Sequence record: NC_048747.1 | Direction: 5' to 3' (one strand) | Length of the DNA: 64,000 nt | Shown: piece by piece, positions 54,784 to 64,000 of the stretch | Position numbering within the stretch: position 1 is the stretch's first letter | Layout of the letters: each line of letters starts with the position of its first letter | Program-made: the position numbers and the translations under genes | Notes under the pieces: model-generated | What the model was told of the DNA's origin: nothing | The model's database searches: none | What the model saw: only the letters and a program-made list of their open reading frames with translations

Positions 54784-57700
54784 TTAGCTCCAAGTTACGG
54801 TGTATTCTTTACGATCGTCTCCGCCAAGGAATGCGTAGGTTACGCTCTTAGCTTCAGCTTCCGTAAACTCAAACACTACCACACCATCTAGGTCCGAAGT
54901 GCGAGCCGGCCAAGTCATGTTACCATCGTACATCACTACTTGCTCTTGATCCATCGGTTGTCCGTTTTGGTCAAGAGTAGTGACGGTGAAGGTTACTGTC
55001 TCGCCTACTGCGACATCTAGATTACCGTGCTGAACGTCGATGCTTGTGTAAACCGGAGTAGGTTCAGACCACGTGATAGTGTGACTGAATCCAGTGACCC
55101 CACCACCTGCGAAGAAGTTGTAGGTGACATCACCTGCTGCATCCGCGCTTAGGTTGTAAGTGAGTGTACCGTCTGGAGCAGATGTGCGTTGAGGGAATGG
55201 AATACCACCATCATCCCAAACTACTGGTTGTAAGCCCATTGGTTCACCGTATTGGTCCAGAGTACGAACCACGACTTCAACTGGAGTACCCACGGTACCT
55301 GTAGTCGAACCAGACACTAGTTCAATAGAACTGTATACTGGCGCTGGTTTAGACCAAGTAATGGTGTGGGATGCACCTGTCACACCACCGCCGCCGTTGA
55401 AGTTGTACGTTACCGCACCTTCGTCGTCAGAGCTGAAGCTAAAGGTCTTCTCACCATTCTCATCGGTGTAAACTACTGGGAATGGAATACCGCCTGTATC
55501 CCAAGTTACAGCCTGGTTACCCATTGGGTTTCCGTCCTGGTCTTTGGTCACGATCTTAACAGGAACCGTCTCTCCGGTTGTACCAGTCGTTTCACCTGAA
55601 ACTACTTCGATGGTACTGTAAACCGCAGGAGGCGCTGCCCAAGTCAATGCGATTGGTAGATCTACACCATCCGCGCTCACGGTTAGGGTTGCGTTAGCAG
55701 CGTCAGCTTCAGTGATGGTGAGCGTCTTACCGTCTTGAGTTGGAGTCGCCGTACCAGTGTAAGTAAAGGTTGGTACCTTACCTACTACATCAACGCCAGA
55801 TGCATTTAGTGTCTCAACATTAACGGTGATGGTTTCACCCGCCACAACATCGTTATCAATTGGAGCCACCTGGTTGATAGTAGTAACCACGTTTGGATCC
55901 ACCCAAGTAACTTGGATGTCTTCAGATAGATCACCAACTTGTACAGTGTAGGTTTTAACACCCGCATCCGCAGAAGTTTGAGCGAAGCTGAATCGACCAT
56001 TGAACAATGTGTCTTGAGATTGAAGTACAGAACCACCTTCTTTAAGATCAACGTTAACACCAACCATGATGTTACCTTTCTGATCTTTAACCAGACCGGC
56101 GAACGTGACGTCTTGATTGATGTCAGAAGTCTTAGGATCTGTGTTGATAGACAGTGTAGTAGGAACCATGATCTCACGAATGATAACAGTGTAAGTACCA
56201 CCTTGTACTGTGCCGTAACGGAAGGTAACTGGTAGGGCTCCCGGAGTGTTGGTTGCGTAAGTGCCTGAGAACGTACCATCTGCTTCAGTAGTCACTGTGG
56301 TCAGTAGTGTGTCGGTACTGCTGTTAAGTACCTCGATTGTCTTACCACTAACGTCACCACCGCCTTCACTGTACAACGTACCTTGGAAACCAAACGGTTC
56401 ATTTTGAAGTACAGATTCATGCAGCATCTTAATGTTAGTGAACTCGTAAGTTACTGCTTTCCAAGTAATAGTTACGTCACGAGTCACATCACCAGCCGTG
56501 ATAGTCATTACTTCAGAACCCACACCTTCATGTGTTGCCGAGAATTCGAAGTGACCTGCATCAACCGCTGTGTTAGTCAACGGAACACCGCCTAATGTAG
56601 CAGTTACAGCCACGTCGATCAACTCACTTTCTTGGTCCAGAATCGTACCTGTGATTACCGCGGACTGTCCTTCAAACACACTTGCGCTATCTGGAAGGTC
56701 CACTACGTTGATCGAAGTAGGAACACGAGGTTCACGAACTGTCAACGTGATAGTTTCTTCAGGTGTCACTACGTCTACCGCATCAGCGATAATAGTAAAG
56801 GTGCCTTGAGCTACAGCCGTACCAGTGTAAGTGAATGAACCATCTGCTGCACACGTTACGTTAACTACCTCGCTTGCATCGTTAGTGATGGCTACACGGG
56901 TGGTTGACCAGTCGTATGGATAGTTGACTGAGATCTCACCAGTGACGGTGTAATTATCACCAATGTCTACCGTGTTAGGTACTACGGTTAGATTTGCAAT
57001 AACCGGGTCACTCTTAACTTCCCATGTCACATTAACCGTTGCAGTGAATGCGCCAGCTTTAACAGTGAGTGTGTGGTTCAGTGAACCGTTATCACGGTAA
57101 TCCGCTACGAAGTCAAATCCTGATTCAGTAGTCACTTGATTCACTGTATGACCATCTGGGTATTCCAGTGTCACGGTTTCACCTACCATGTTCTCCGAGT
57201 ACTGATCTAACAGATTACCGGTGATGTGGAAGGTTTCGTCAGTGAAGAGTGTTTGGGTCGTCGGACTGGTTAGATCGATCGAACTTAACACATGGGTCTT
57301 AGCCCACGTTACCGCGATAGACGCACCGATGTCGTTCTCACCAATAAACGAATACAAGTGTTCAGCTTCGTCGGTCTCAGAAACATCAACACTAAACACA
57401 CCTTGTGCGTTGGATGTGATGTCAGAGACTTTAAGACCGTCTGCTTTAAACACTAGTGGGACATTACCAACTGGGTCATCGATTTGGTCCAGTGTTTTAC
57501 CGGTTAAAGTGATAGTGTCGTCAGTCACACCAGTTGTAGGGTTTTCTGGTTCTAAGAACACTTCATCGAAACGACGCACTAGGTTCCAAGTAAAGTCTAC
57601 CGGAGTTTCCAGTGATTGACATTTCAATGTGATAGATTCAACTACGGTGTTCTCTACGTCAACTGGAGAGTCCAACGTTGCAACGTATTCTTCACCATCG

Positions 57701-59313
57701 ACAGTGTAAGCTTTAGGTGCACCGCCTTCACGGAACCACGTACCGCTCGTTCCCACCATAGGACGATCAACCGTATCGTAAATACGGAAGCGCAACTCAC
57801 CTTCTTTAAACAACTCACCTTCGTCATTAATGATCTCAAAACGACCAGGGACTTGATCAGATGGTTGAACAGTAATAGTGATGACATTACTTTCGTCAGT
57901 ACCAAGTCGCAGCTTAACGGCGTAGGTTACTGGGTCTAGCGTATCGTTCTCCACATCGTAAATGTGTTCCAACACACCTTCTGGTGTAGCGAACAGTTGA
58001 TTCGTGACTTGGTCGTCTACAAGAAACTCAACCGGCACATCCGTAAGCGTTAAACCATCTGAAGAACGTAACGTACTCGTTAGCGTAACTAGTTCGTCAG
58101 CACGGACTTCAGTCTTATCCGCAGACAAAGGACCTAGGATAAGGTCGTCAACAGATAGCGCTGCAAGAATCTGGTGGGTTTCAGAGAAAACGTTCAGATC
58201 TTGAGGAAGACCACAAACAAACTTAATGGTCATGTCACCCGCCACCACTGGAGTGTGTTGGATGTCAAACATGCCGTTTGTGTCGAATTGAACCACGACA
58301 GGTCCTTGACCAACTTCTTCAATAATGATCTTAGGTTCACGGAGTTCATCACCCCAAGGTGTGCGACCAAAGTCACCGACCACATGTCCGGCAATACGGA
58401 AAGGTTGACCTACACGAGTTAAATCCACTGGAGTGGTGACTTCACCGATCGTCCAATGTTCATCGATGTAAGTGACTGAATAAACATCAGTAAGTTTATC
58501 ACGGTCTAAACCAACAGAAACGATCATCTGTAAATCGTCAGTTTGCTGGTTCTTAAGATCTAGGTCTAGGTTGAAAGTGTTATCTTCACCTAACGTACCT
58601 TCAATGATATCACCTTGACGGTAAGTACCCACGAACTCAGCTTTAAAAGCTTTATCGATTTCTGCTGACATCACAGGTTCCGTACCTACACGTTCTACCG
58701 TGATGTACTGTGTTGGAGCGTATGGGTTGGCTGGAAGGATATTACCTTCAACTGAAGAGTCTGTGATATTAATCCCAGTGCCATCCGTCATTGTACCGTC
58801 TGGATTAGGTGTTACGGTCTTAAGTGGTAACGTACCGTCTACGATTGGAGACTGTACCTTTAAGTGACTCAAGCGAACTTCTAGTTCACCTGGGTCAAAT
58901 TCAAAACCTAACAGTTTCTGAATATCCAAGATCGACATGGATTCTTTTACCACCAAATACAGTTCAGCGATATCTTCCACGTAATAAAGACCAGGAATAA
59001 CAATGTTGCGGAACACTTCTAAGTTAGGTACTTTGATGCGTTCTTTCTTACTCAATACTGGAACGGTGTCACCCGGCGACCATTCTTGAACGAATTCAAA
59101 ACCGTCGCGCCCAGTTAACTTGATTTCACCGATGAAGGTACCTGCACCTTCATAACGTTCTTTGATACTTAGAAACTGGACCTCGTCGTCCATCAGACCG
59201 TCGAAGCGGGATTTAGCTAAAGCGATCTCCGCCGGGTCACCTTGGGACTCAGCATAACTGATGCGAATCAGTGCTGTTTTGTCCAACAGGATTTGTCGAA
59301 TATGTTTCATCAT
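54784..59313 (-). CDS. Large Ig-like (Big-1/invasin-type) repeat protein, putative tail fibre or virion appendage
   Basis: About 14 tandem 90-100 aa beta-rich units with DQ.G.P and terminal TW motifs after an N-terminal shared domain; T/V/D/E-rich. Confidence 0.75.
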   Translation of the reverse strand: MMKHIRQILLDKTALIRISYAESQGDPAEIALAKSRFDGLMDDEVQFLSIKERYEGAGTFIGEIKLTGRDGFEFVQEWSPGDTVPVLSKKERIKVPNLEVFRNIVIPGLYYVEDIAELYLVVKESMSILDIQKLLGFEFDPGELEVRLSHLKVQSPIVDGTLPLKTVTPNPDGTMTDGTGINITDSSVEGNILPANPYAPTQYITVERVGTEPVMSAEIDKAFKAEFVGTYRQGDIIEGTLGEDNTFNLDLDLKNQQTDDLQMIVSVGLDRDKLTDVYSVTYIDEHWTIGEVTTPVDLTRVGQPFRIAGHVVGDFGRTPWGDELREPKIIIEEVGQGPVVVQFDTNGMFDIQHTPVVAGDMTIKFVCGLPQDLNVFSETHQILAALSVDDLILGPLSADKTEVRADELVTLTSTLRSSDGLTLTDVPVEFLVDDQVTNQLFATPEGVLEHIYDVENDTLDPVTYAVKLRLGTDESNVITITVQPSDQVPGRFEIINDEGELFKEGELRFRIYDTVDRPMVGTSGTWFREGGAPKAYTVDGEEYVATLDSPVDVENTVVESITLKCQSLETPVDFTWNLVRRFDEVFLEPENPTTGVTDDTITLTGKTLDQIDDPVGNVPLVFKADGLKVSDITSNAQGVFSVDVSETDEAEHLYSFIGENDIGASIAVTWAKTHVLSSIDLTSPTTQTLFTDETFHITGNLLDQYSENMVGETVTLEYPDGHTVNQVTTESGFDFVADYRDNGSLNHTLTVKAGAFTATVNVTWEVKSDPVIANLTVVPNTVDIGDNYTVTGEISVNYPYDWSTTRVAITNDASEVVNVTCAADGSFTYTGTAVAQGTFTIIADAVDVVTPEETITLTVREPRVPTSINVVDLPDSASVFEGQSAVITGTILDQESELIDVAVTATLGGVPLTNTAVDAGHFEFSATHEGVGSEVMTITAGDVTRDVTITWKAVTYEFTNIKMLHESVLQNEPFGFQGTLYSEGGGDVSGKTIEVLNSSTDTLLTTVTTEADGTFSGTYATNTPGALPVTFRYGTVQGGTYTVIIREIMVPTTLSINTDPKTSDINQDVTFAGLVKDQKGNIMVGVNVDLKEGGSVLQSQDTLFNGRFSFAQTSADAGVKTYTVQVGDLSEDIQVTWVDPNVVTTINQVAPIDNDVVAGETITVNVETLNASGVDVVGKVPTFTYTGTATPTQDGKTLTITEADAANATLTVSADGVDLPIALTWAAPPAVYSTIEVVSGETTGTTGETVPVKIVTKDQDGNPMGNQAVTWDTGGIPFPVVYTDENGEKTFSFSSDDEGAVTYNFNGGGGVTGASHTITWSKPAPVYSSIELVSGSTTGTVGTPVEVVVRTLDQYGEPMGLQPVVWDDGGIPFPQRTSAPDGTLTYNLSADAAGDVTYNFFAGGGVTGFSHTITWSEPTPVYTSIDVQHGNLDVAVGETVTFTVTTLDQNGQPMDQEQVVMYDGNMTWPARTSDLDGVVVFEFTEAEAKSVTYAFLGGDDRKEYTVTWS
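54787..55632 (-). repeat. Three tandem 285-nt (95-aa) Ig-like repeats
   Basis: Units start at 55632, 55347 and 55062 (P.VY..I.V..G...GT.G...LDQ.G.PM...GGIPFP...TYNF.GGGGVTG.SHTITWS). Confidence 0.8.
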
Positions 59314-59383
59314 GTTTCCTTAGCATGCGTCAAAAATGAGCAGGGACGGACCCCCGCTCATAAAATGACAAAAAAATAAGGAG

Positions 59384-60568
59384 TTATTCTGGGGCGTTAA
59401 CCGTCAAAAGTCCTCCAAAGGTATTCGTGTAAGTACCTGGTGAACGAAAGTACATCCCGTACTTACCAGGTTCGAGTAAAGGTAACTCAAAGTCGTTTAG
59501 TGTGGTATCGTCCATAGGAACGAAGTGCACGAAACGTCCACGGTCGTAAAGATACATACCAGGCGGTTGGTCATCCTCAGGAACATACCAAGTTTGTTCA
59601 GGCTTGCCCTTAAACACCAAGCTACCGGTGATAACCCCAGGGTAAGTGACTTCAATATCGATACGTCCATCCGGGATATAAGAGTAGGCGTGAGCGATCA
59701 CCACAACACCACTCACCATACAGTTAAGTCCATTAGCACCAGTAATGGTAAACTGAATGATCTGACCCGGCACCATACGTTCGTCAGTAGGGATCTCTAG
59801 GGGTAAACCTTGTTGGTAAGTGATCGTATCTTTTTCAAGAGGGCGGTAGTCCCCGCTATAAGAAACCGTAAAGGTGTCACCGTCTTGAAGGTCTGGTGAG
59901 TCTTCCAGGTAAATACGGAACTTGGCATCTACGTTATGTCCTACCGGGAAGTGGTTCATATCACCTAACACCACTTCCTTATCTCCGTTCTCATCTTCCG
60001 TCCAAATGCGAACATCCACTGGATCATGGGTTCCACCCAATAACCCTTCTTTACCATCACGCACTATCATGCGACCACTGATGAAAGGACCGTCAAAATT
60101 GATGTAGTCGCCGAAGTTTTCTACACGTACGTCTTGAGGATCAAAAGGGAAAAGGGTTTCAAGTTCAGTTTGAGACAAATAACCGGTTGTGGTCAGGGCC
60201 ATCAAATCATGAGTATTAAAGTAATGCAAGAACGCAGCTTTACTACTCAGACGTATTTTGGTCACGTTATCCCCGTTCTGAGAGTATTCCCCCGTTTCCA
60301 ATAATTCGATTAAAGCCTCGGTAGGGTTGGCTGGTGACCAGTATTGTTTGATCACCGAACCACCACGTTGACTAAGATCGATATCTGCACGGTAACGTTG
60401 GGTGCCACGACCGACTTCTTCGATGTTACTGATAGTTACTTCACTCACTAATAAGTCTTTAAACAACGTATTAGCTTGTTCTATTTTAGTTGGATCTCCT
60501 GTTTCCATTGCATTACGGATGTGGACTTCACTCATTCGGTTAATGAGCATTTGTCTTACGTCTTTCAT
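59384..60568 (-). CDS. Putative virion fibre-family protein (shared N-terminal domain + beta-rich C-terminus)
   Basis: MKDVRQML...GDP...A...F..L...EV vs MKHIRQIL...GDP...A...F..L...EV of 54784-59313. Confidence 0.6.
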   Translation of the reverse strand: MKDVRQMLINRMSEVHIRNAMETGDPTKIEQANTLFKDLLVSEVTISNIEEVGRGTQRYRADIDLSQRGGSVIKQYWSPANPTEALIELLETGEYSQNGDNVTKIRLSSKAAFLHYFNTHDLMALTTTGYLSQTELETLFPFDPQDVRVENFGDYINFDGPFISGRMIVRDGKEGLLGGTHDPVDVRIWTEDENGDKEVVLGDMNHFPVGHNVDAKFRIYLEDSPDLQDGDTFTVSYSGDYRPLEKDTITYQQGLPLEIPTDERMVPGQIIQFTITGANGLNCMVSGVVVIAHAYSYIPDGRIDIEVTYPGVITGSLVFKGKPEQTWYVPEDDQPPGMYLYDRGRFVHFVPMDDTTLNDFELPLLEPGKYGMYFRSPGTYTNTFGGLLTVNAPE

Positions 60569-60626
60569 GGCATCTCCTTGATTAACTAAAGAGGTTCCTC
60601 ATGAACCTCCATAGCATTCCGGAGCA

Positions 60627-61223
60627 TTAAGACTTTTTGTGTACACCTAACTGGAAATGAGTGAAACACACCGCATGATAGGTTTCATTACCACCCACCA
60701 ATACCGCTGATTCGCCAGGAGCTCCGTAGTATGGTTTACCGTCCACCACCATTAGGTTGTGTGTTGCATTCTTCCCACACCAACACATGCCCTTTACAAT
60801 GTTAATACTGGAAGCGTTTCTTAACAACCAATCACTCGCAGGGAATCCACCACCTTGGAAGTTGTTACGTAGGCCGTAACACAACAAAGGAATATTAAGT
60901 TCTCGAGTTAACTCAGCCAAAGATGCAATTTGTTCTTCGCTGATAAACTGAACCTCATCAATAATCAGGACATCAGGTTGACGTTCGTGATTACGCAACC
61001 ACAACTCTAATTCACCGAGCCCTTCTTTAGGGAAAGGGATGCAGTTATCCCACTTAGCACCGCTACGACTGGTCAGTGTACGTGGGCAACCGTCTCGAGT
61101 ATCCACCACGGGTTTAAGTACGAAAGGAATCATTCCACGTTCTTGATAGTTGTACGCCGTCTGGATAGCTGTAGTTGTCTTACCGCTAGACATTGCGCTT
61201 GTATAGAAATAAATTTTAGACAT
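60627..61223 (-). CDS. tdk: Thymidine kinase (type II)
   Basis: SAMSSGKTT, IIDEVQF, YGLRNNFQG, CWCG..ATHN, GGNETY.AVC..HF. Confidence 0.93.
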   Translation of the reverse strand: MSKIYFYTSAMSSGKTTTAIQTAYNYQERGMIPFVLKPVVDTRDGCPRTLTSRSGAKWDNCIPFPKEGLGELELWLRNHERQPDVLIIDEVQFISEEQIASLAELTRELNIPLLCYGLRNNFQGGGFPASDWLLRNASSINIVKGMCWCGKNATHNLMVVDGKPYYGAPGESAVLVGGNETYHAVCFTHFQLGVHKKS

Positions 61224-61356
61224 GTGTTGCCTTTTTCGTTTTAGTTAGTTGTCGATAAATAAAAAAGAAAGGAGCGATGATGAGACCCATCACCACCACT
61301 CCAACAAAGACGAAGGCCCCGATACAATTCAGGGCCCAATAAGTTGTTTTGTTCAA
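61216..61356 (-). CDS. Small membrane protein (probable TTG start)
   Basis: Hydrophobic 46-aa ORF; TTGA overlap with the upstream stop, stop overlaps the tdk start. Confidence 0.4.
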   Translation of the reverse strand: MNKTTYWALNCIGAFVFVGVVVMGLIIAPFFFIYRQLTKTKKATHV

Positions 61357-61646
61357 TATAACACCCAATCCAAGAAATGCCAAATACCTAGACCTGCTAT
61401 AAAGGACCCGATGATTCTTCCCATGGTAAACCAATTGCTATCTGGTTCGTAAGGTCGAGTCACAAAAGAAGCAACTGCCAAGCCGTACAGTATTCCTATT
61501 GCCAAACCTCCTTTCACTGAAGGAAGTCCACAAACATGAAAGACATTACCAACGGTAATGATTATTACTATTCGGAATAAGTCACGATCGTTATTGAGTA
61601 CATCATAAGCACCCTTTAACCCTAACCTATTAAAAACCATTTCCAT
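61353..61646 (-). CDS. Small membrane protein (start revised to MEMVF)
   Basis: ATG 1 nt after the upstream stop; about three hydrophobic segments. Confidence 0.5.
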   Translation of the reverse strand: MEMVFNRLGLKGAYDVLNNDRDLFRIVIIITVGNVFHVCGLPSVKGGLAIGILYGLAVASFVTRPYEPDSNWFTMGRIIGSFIAGLGIWHFLDWVLY

Positions 61647-61647
61647 G

Positions 61648-62127
61648 TTAATCATAAGACGTGTCCATACTTGATTGGTTGTTACAAGACCCAGATGGTT
61701 CATCACGAACAGGAGTTGGTTCAGGTGAACGATCACACTCACTTCGAGTATTGGAGTGGCAAGTACTCTCATCGTGGTAGTGATGATGTTGGTGCTGAGT
61801 TACTACGGTTCCGAGGTGGTCTTGGTCGTGTCTTGTACGGGATGGGTTGTTTCTTAGCGTTTGGCTTGGCGTACTACGCTTAGGGGAGTTTGCTTGTTGT
61901 CTATGTTGTACCGTGCGATTGCTACCAAACTCTGCTTCAAACTGAGTTCGGAAGTCTGAGATCGATTTCGGGTTATCTTTTTCCTTTAACCACTCAGCGG
62001 CACGCACTAACTTAGGTTCCGTAGATAGCCAAGCTTCCATATCTCGGATACGTTGTTCCAAAACCCATAAACGTTGGATTTCTTTTTTCGCTACTTTAAG
62101 TTTAATAAAACGTTTAAACCAGTTCAT
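61648..62127 (-). CDS. Hypothetical protein, paralogue of 62156-62530, with a low-complexity polar tail
   Basis: Shared N-terminal 65-aa pattern; AAGGA RBS. Confidence 0.6.
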   Translation of the reverse strand: MNWFKRFIKLKVAKKEIQRLWVLEQRIRDMEAWLSTEPKLVRAAEWLKEKDNPKSISDFRTQFEAEFGSNRTVQHRQQANSPKRSTPSQTLRNNPSRTRHDQDHLGTVVTQHQHHHYHDESTCHSNTRSECDRSPEPTPVRDEPSGSCNNQSSMDTSYD

Positions 62128-62155
62128 GTTTATTCCTTTCTTTTTTATTTATAAC

Positions 62156-62530
62156 TCAATCCCTTGGGAACGGGACGACATTGGATGAACCGAGTTCATC
62201 GTTGATAGTCAGGCTAGGTGACCCGGAAGTTAATTCAGAGGTATCGCGTGTTCGGTAATACTTGGGTTGAGACTTGATCAGTTCTTCCCGGGAGTATTTT
62301 AAATTAGGTAACGAACGAGCTATGGCGGTGTATTTAAAACGATAGTGGTCACGGAAGCCTCGGATGTCGGATTTGTTCTTACCACTTATCCAATCAACCG
62401 TGTCGACCACTCTTGGGTCTTCCCGCATATAGGAACGTGCCTCACCAAGTCTTTTCTTCAACTCAGCTAATTCTCTTAGTTCCTCACCCGCCACCTTTTC
62501 ACGTAACCATAAGTAAAGTTTCTTTAACAT
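62156..62530 (-). CDS. Hypothetical protein, paralogue of 61648-62127
   Basis: Shared N-terminal pattern; AAGG RBS. Confidence 0.6.
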   Translation of the reverse strand: MLKKLYLWLREKVAGEELRELAELKKRLGEARSYMREDPRVVDTVDWISGKNKSDIRGFRDHYRFKYTAIARSLPNLKYSREELIKSQPKYYRTRDTSELTSGSPSLTINDELGSSNVVPFPRD

Positions 62531-62540
62531 AGATTACCTT

Positions 62541-62588
62541 AAAAAAATAATTATCTAAAGTATGTGGACTCCCGTAGGAGTCCACATA
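62541..62588 (-). terminator. Hairpin terminator after the chaperonin gene
   Basis: TATGTGGACTCC-cgta-GGAGTCCACATA 12-bp stem; TTATTTTTTT 10 nt downstream on the minus strand. Confidence 0.7.
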
Positions 62589-62596
62589 TCTTTTAT

Positions 62597-64000
62597 TTAG
62601 AATCGAAGTTCGCTAAGGCGAGAGTTAAGAATCATGGAGTCAGTGTCAATCAGCATGATCGCCATAGAAGTCGCAGCTTCTAGTGCAGTGATCGTTGCTA
62701 ACGACGCATCCCAGATTCCGATTTCACCCGGTTCTTTACCTTCTTCACCTGTTGCTAGGTTAGTGAAAGTCATGTCGTCAGAGTAATCGGTACTCATCAG
62801 GTATTGGGTTTGTTGTTTCAGAATAGCAACAAAGTCTTCCGCGATTTCACACTTAGGGTATTTAGCTTCTAAGATCTTAGACGCCATAACTAGTGAGTAA
62901 CCACAACCTTGTAGAACACCGTTACGTAGAGCCGACTTACAAACACGAGCCACGTCTTCAAAACGGTCTTTGCGTTCACGGATATCAGACTCAGTCAGAC
63001 CACCCACATACAACGTTACTGAACCACCAGATAAAATACGTAGACGAGATTCCACGATACGACCTAATGCAGAGTGACGTTGATCTACGTTCAGATCGTT
63101 TAGTGCACGGTTAACTTCTTTGATTGCTGTATCCAGTTGAGCTTCATGTTTATCAGAGAACCCTACGATAGTTAACGCCGCGCTACTGATGTGTGCGATA
63201 GGGTACTCTTTAGGTTCACGGAACTCAGGATGGTCAGCAAGCAACTCAGTATACATCTTAGAACCCATCACCGTGGCGATATCATTCATTAACGATACGC
63301 CAGAAGAACCCGCTGCACGGATAGTGACGATTTTGTAAGCCACTCGTCCAATGTGTGAGTTCAATGCTTTAATCGCGTTCTCACTCACACTCTCGGTACT
63401 ACGACACAACAACAAATACGTACCACCGGCACTCACGTAGTCTTTGGTGTACGCCATGAATTTATCAAGGTTTTCTTTACTTGATAACCCATTCAGTTCA
63501 CCTGACAACACGATTGGTCGGTATTGGTCTTTTTGATCAAAGTGTTCCGGAGCACCAGTGCCCAGATCAGAGAACTCAGGAGAAGCAAAGCCACCCGGCC
63601 AGCTACAACCCGTATTGGATTGAACTTGGTCTTTATCGTCGTTAGCTTCACGCAAATCTAGATCAGGGAGATGTGGATGTTCTTCATAGATCTCCAACAC
63701 TTTGTTAACGATGCGTTCGTCGTTGTTACTCGTGGTCATCATTACTTGACGCAGTAAATCAGAGTCGATCTTAACTTGGACGGAAAGTTGTTTCAAAATG
63801 TCTACGATTTCTTGAGAGTACTTGTTGATCAACTTCTTATTACGGAAGTTACACTTGTATTTAAAGCGGTTGTAGATCTCACGGAGTAAGAAGGCAGTCG
63901 TAGTAGTACCATCACCACAGATCTTGTCTGTACGCAAACAACACTCAGCGATCATCGATGCGATCAAATCCTTTTCTGGTTCATCAAAACGCATGGCTTT
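62597..64000 (-). CDS. groEL: Phage GroEL-like chaperonin, 5' end outside the window
   Basis: CGDGTTTT ATP-binding motif; TLYVGGLTE..I.ERKDRFED; GVLQGCG; GIWDASLATITALEAA; frame stays open to the window edge. Confidence 0.88.
   Translation of the reverse strand, partial: KAMRFDEPEKDLIASMIAECCLRTDKICGDGTTTTAFLLREIYNRFKYKCNFRNKKLINKYSQEIVDILKQLSVQVKIDSDLLRQVMMTTSNNDERIVNKVLEIYEEHPHLPDLDLREANDDKDQVQSNTGCSWPGGFASPEFSDLGTGAPEHFDQKDQYRPIVLSGELNGLSSKENLDKFMAYTKDYVSAGGTYLLLCRSTESVSENAIKALNSHIGRVAYKIVTIRAAGSSGVSLMNDIATVMGSKMYTELLADHPEFREPKEYPIAHISSAALTIVGFSDKHEAQLDTAIKEVNRALNDLNVDQRHSALGRIVESRLRILSGGSVTLYVGGLTESDIRERKDRFEDVARVCKSALRNGVLQGCGYSLVMASKILEAKYPKCEIAEDFVAILKQQTQYLMSTDYSDDMTFTNLATGEEGKEPGEIGIWDASLATITALEAATSMAIMLIDTDSMILNSRLSELRF

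Noticed and set aside
2935-60107. Many short track ORFs antisense or out of frame to long genes (e.g. 2935-3258, 6256-6633, 9051-9275, 21394-21948, 28259-28612, 42415-42879, 49042-49545, 55806-56279)
   Set aside because: They lie within well-supported genes, lack RBS or motifs, and read as shadow frames
61353-61883. Long 139-aa version of 61353-61772 and plus-strand ORF 61671-61883
   Set aside because: Both overlap the tail of 61648-62127; a coupled ATG at 61646 explains the real gene
1-64000. tRNA genes, recoded stop codons, and nuclear-shell (chimallin) or PhuZ genes
   Set aside because: No cloverleaf or T-loop consensus noticed; standard-code ORFs tile the window; no ORF was recognisable as shell or tubulin protein, though these may lie outside the window

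Overview
This window is a 64 kb segment of a phiKZ-like jumbo myophage genome. It is densely coding, uses the standard code, is mostly minus strand, and shows no tRNA, rRNA or CRISPR array that I can see. It carries the phiKZ-type late/virion block: prohead protease, four subunits of the split virion RNA polymerase, an endolysin, a 2326-aa tape-measure-like protein with a GH19 lysozyme domain, and structural genes. It also encodes UvsX/RecA, an RNase H-like protein, an SNF2-type helicase, thymidine kinase, the 5' end of thyA and most of a GroEL-like chaperonin. Two self-splicing elements sit in catalytic motifs. A 1717-nt group I intron (14596-16312) with an HNH endonuclease splits the DYDGD active site of the virion RNAP beta' gene; the missing 58-aa second exon (14419-14595) is not in the ORF track. 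A 228-aa Ala-start class 3 intein sits in Walker A of the helicase. The accessory regions hold an early cluster of membrane-anchored proteins, several paralogue families, a three-member fibre-like family with a shared N-terminal domain (one member has about 14 Ig-like repeats), a recurring CTATAT promoter-like motif, a family of CTCCTACTCC hairpin terminators and two RBS-occluding hairpins. All homology calls come from motif recognition and remembered synteny; no searches were run. A gammaproteobacterial (possibly Vibrio-like) host is only a weak inference from the ThyA type.
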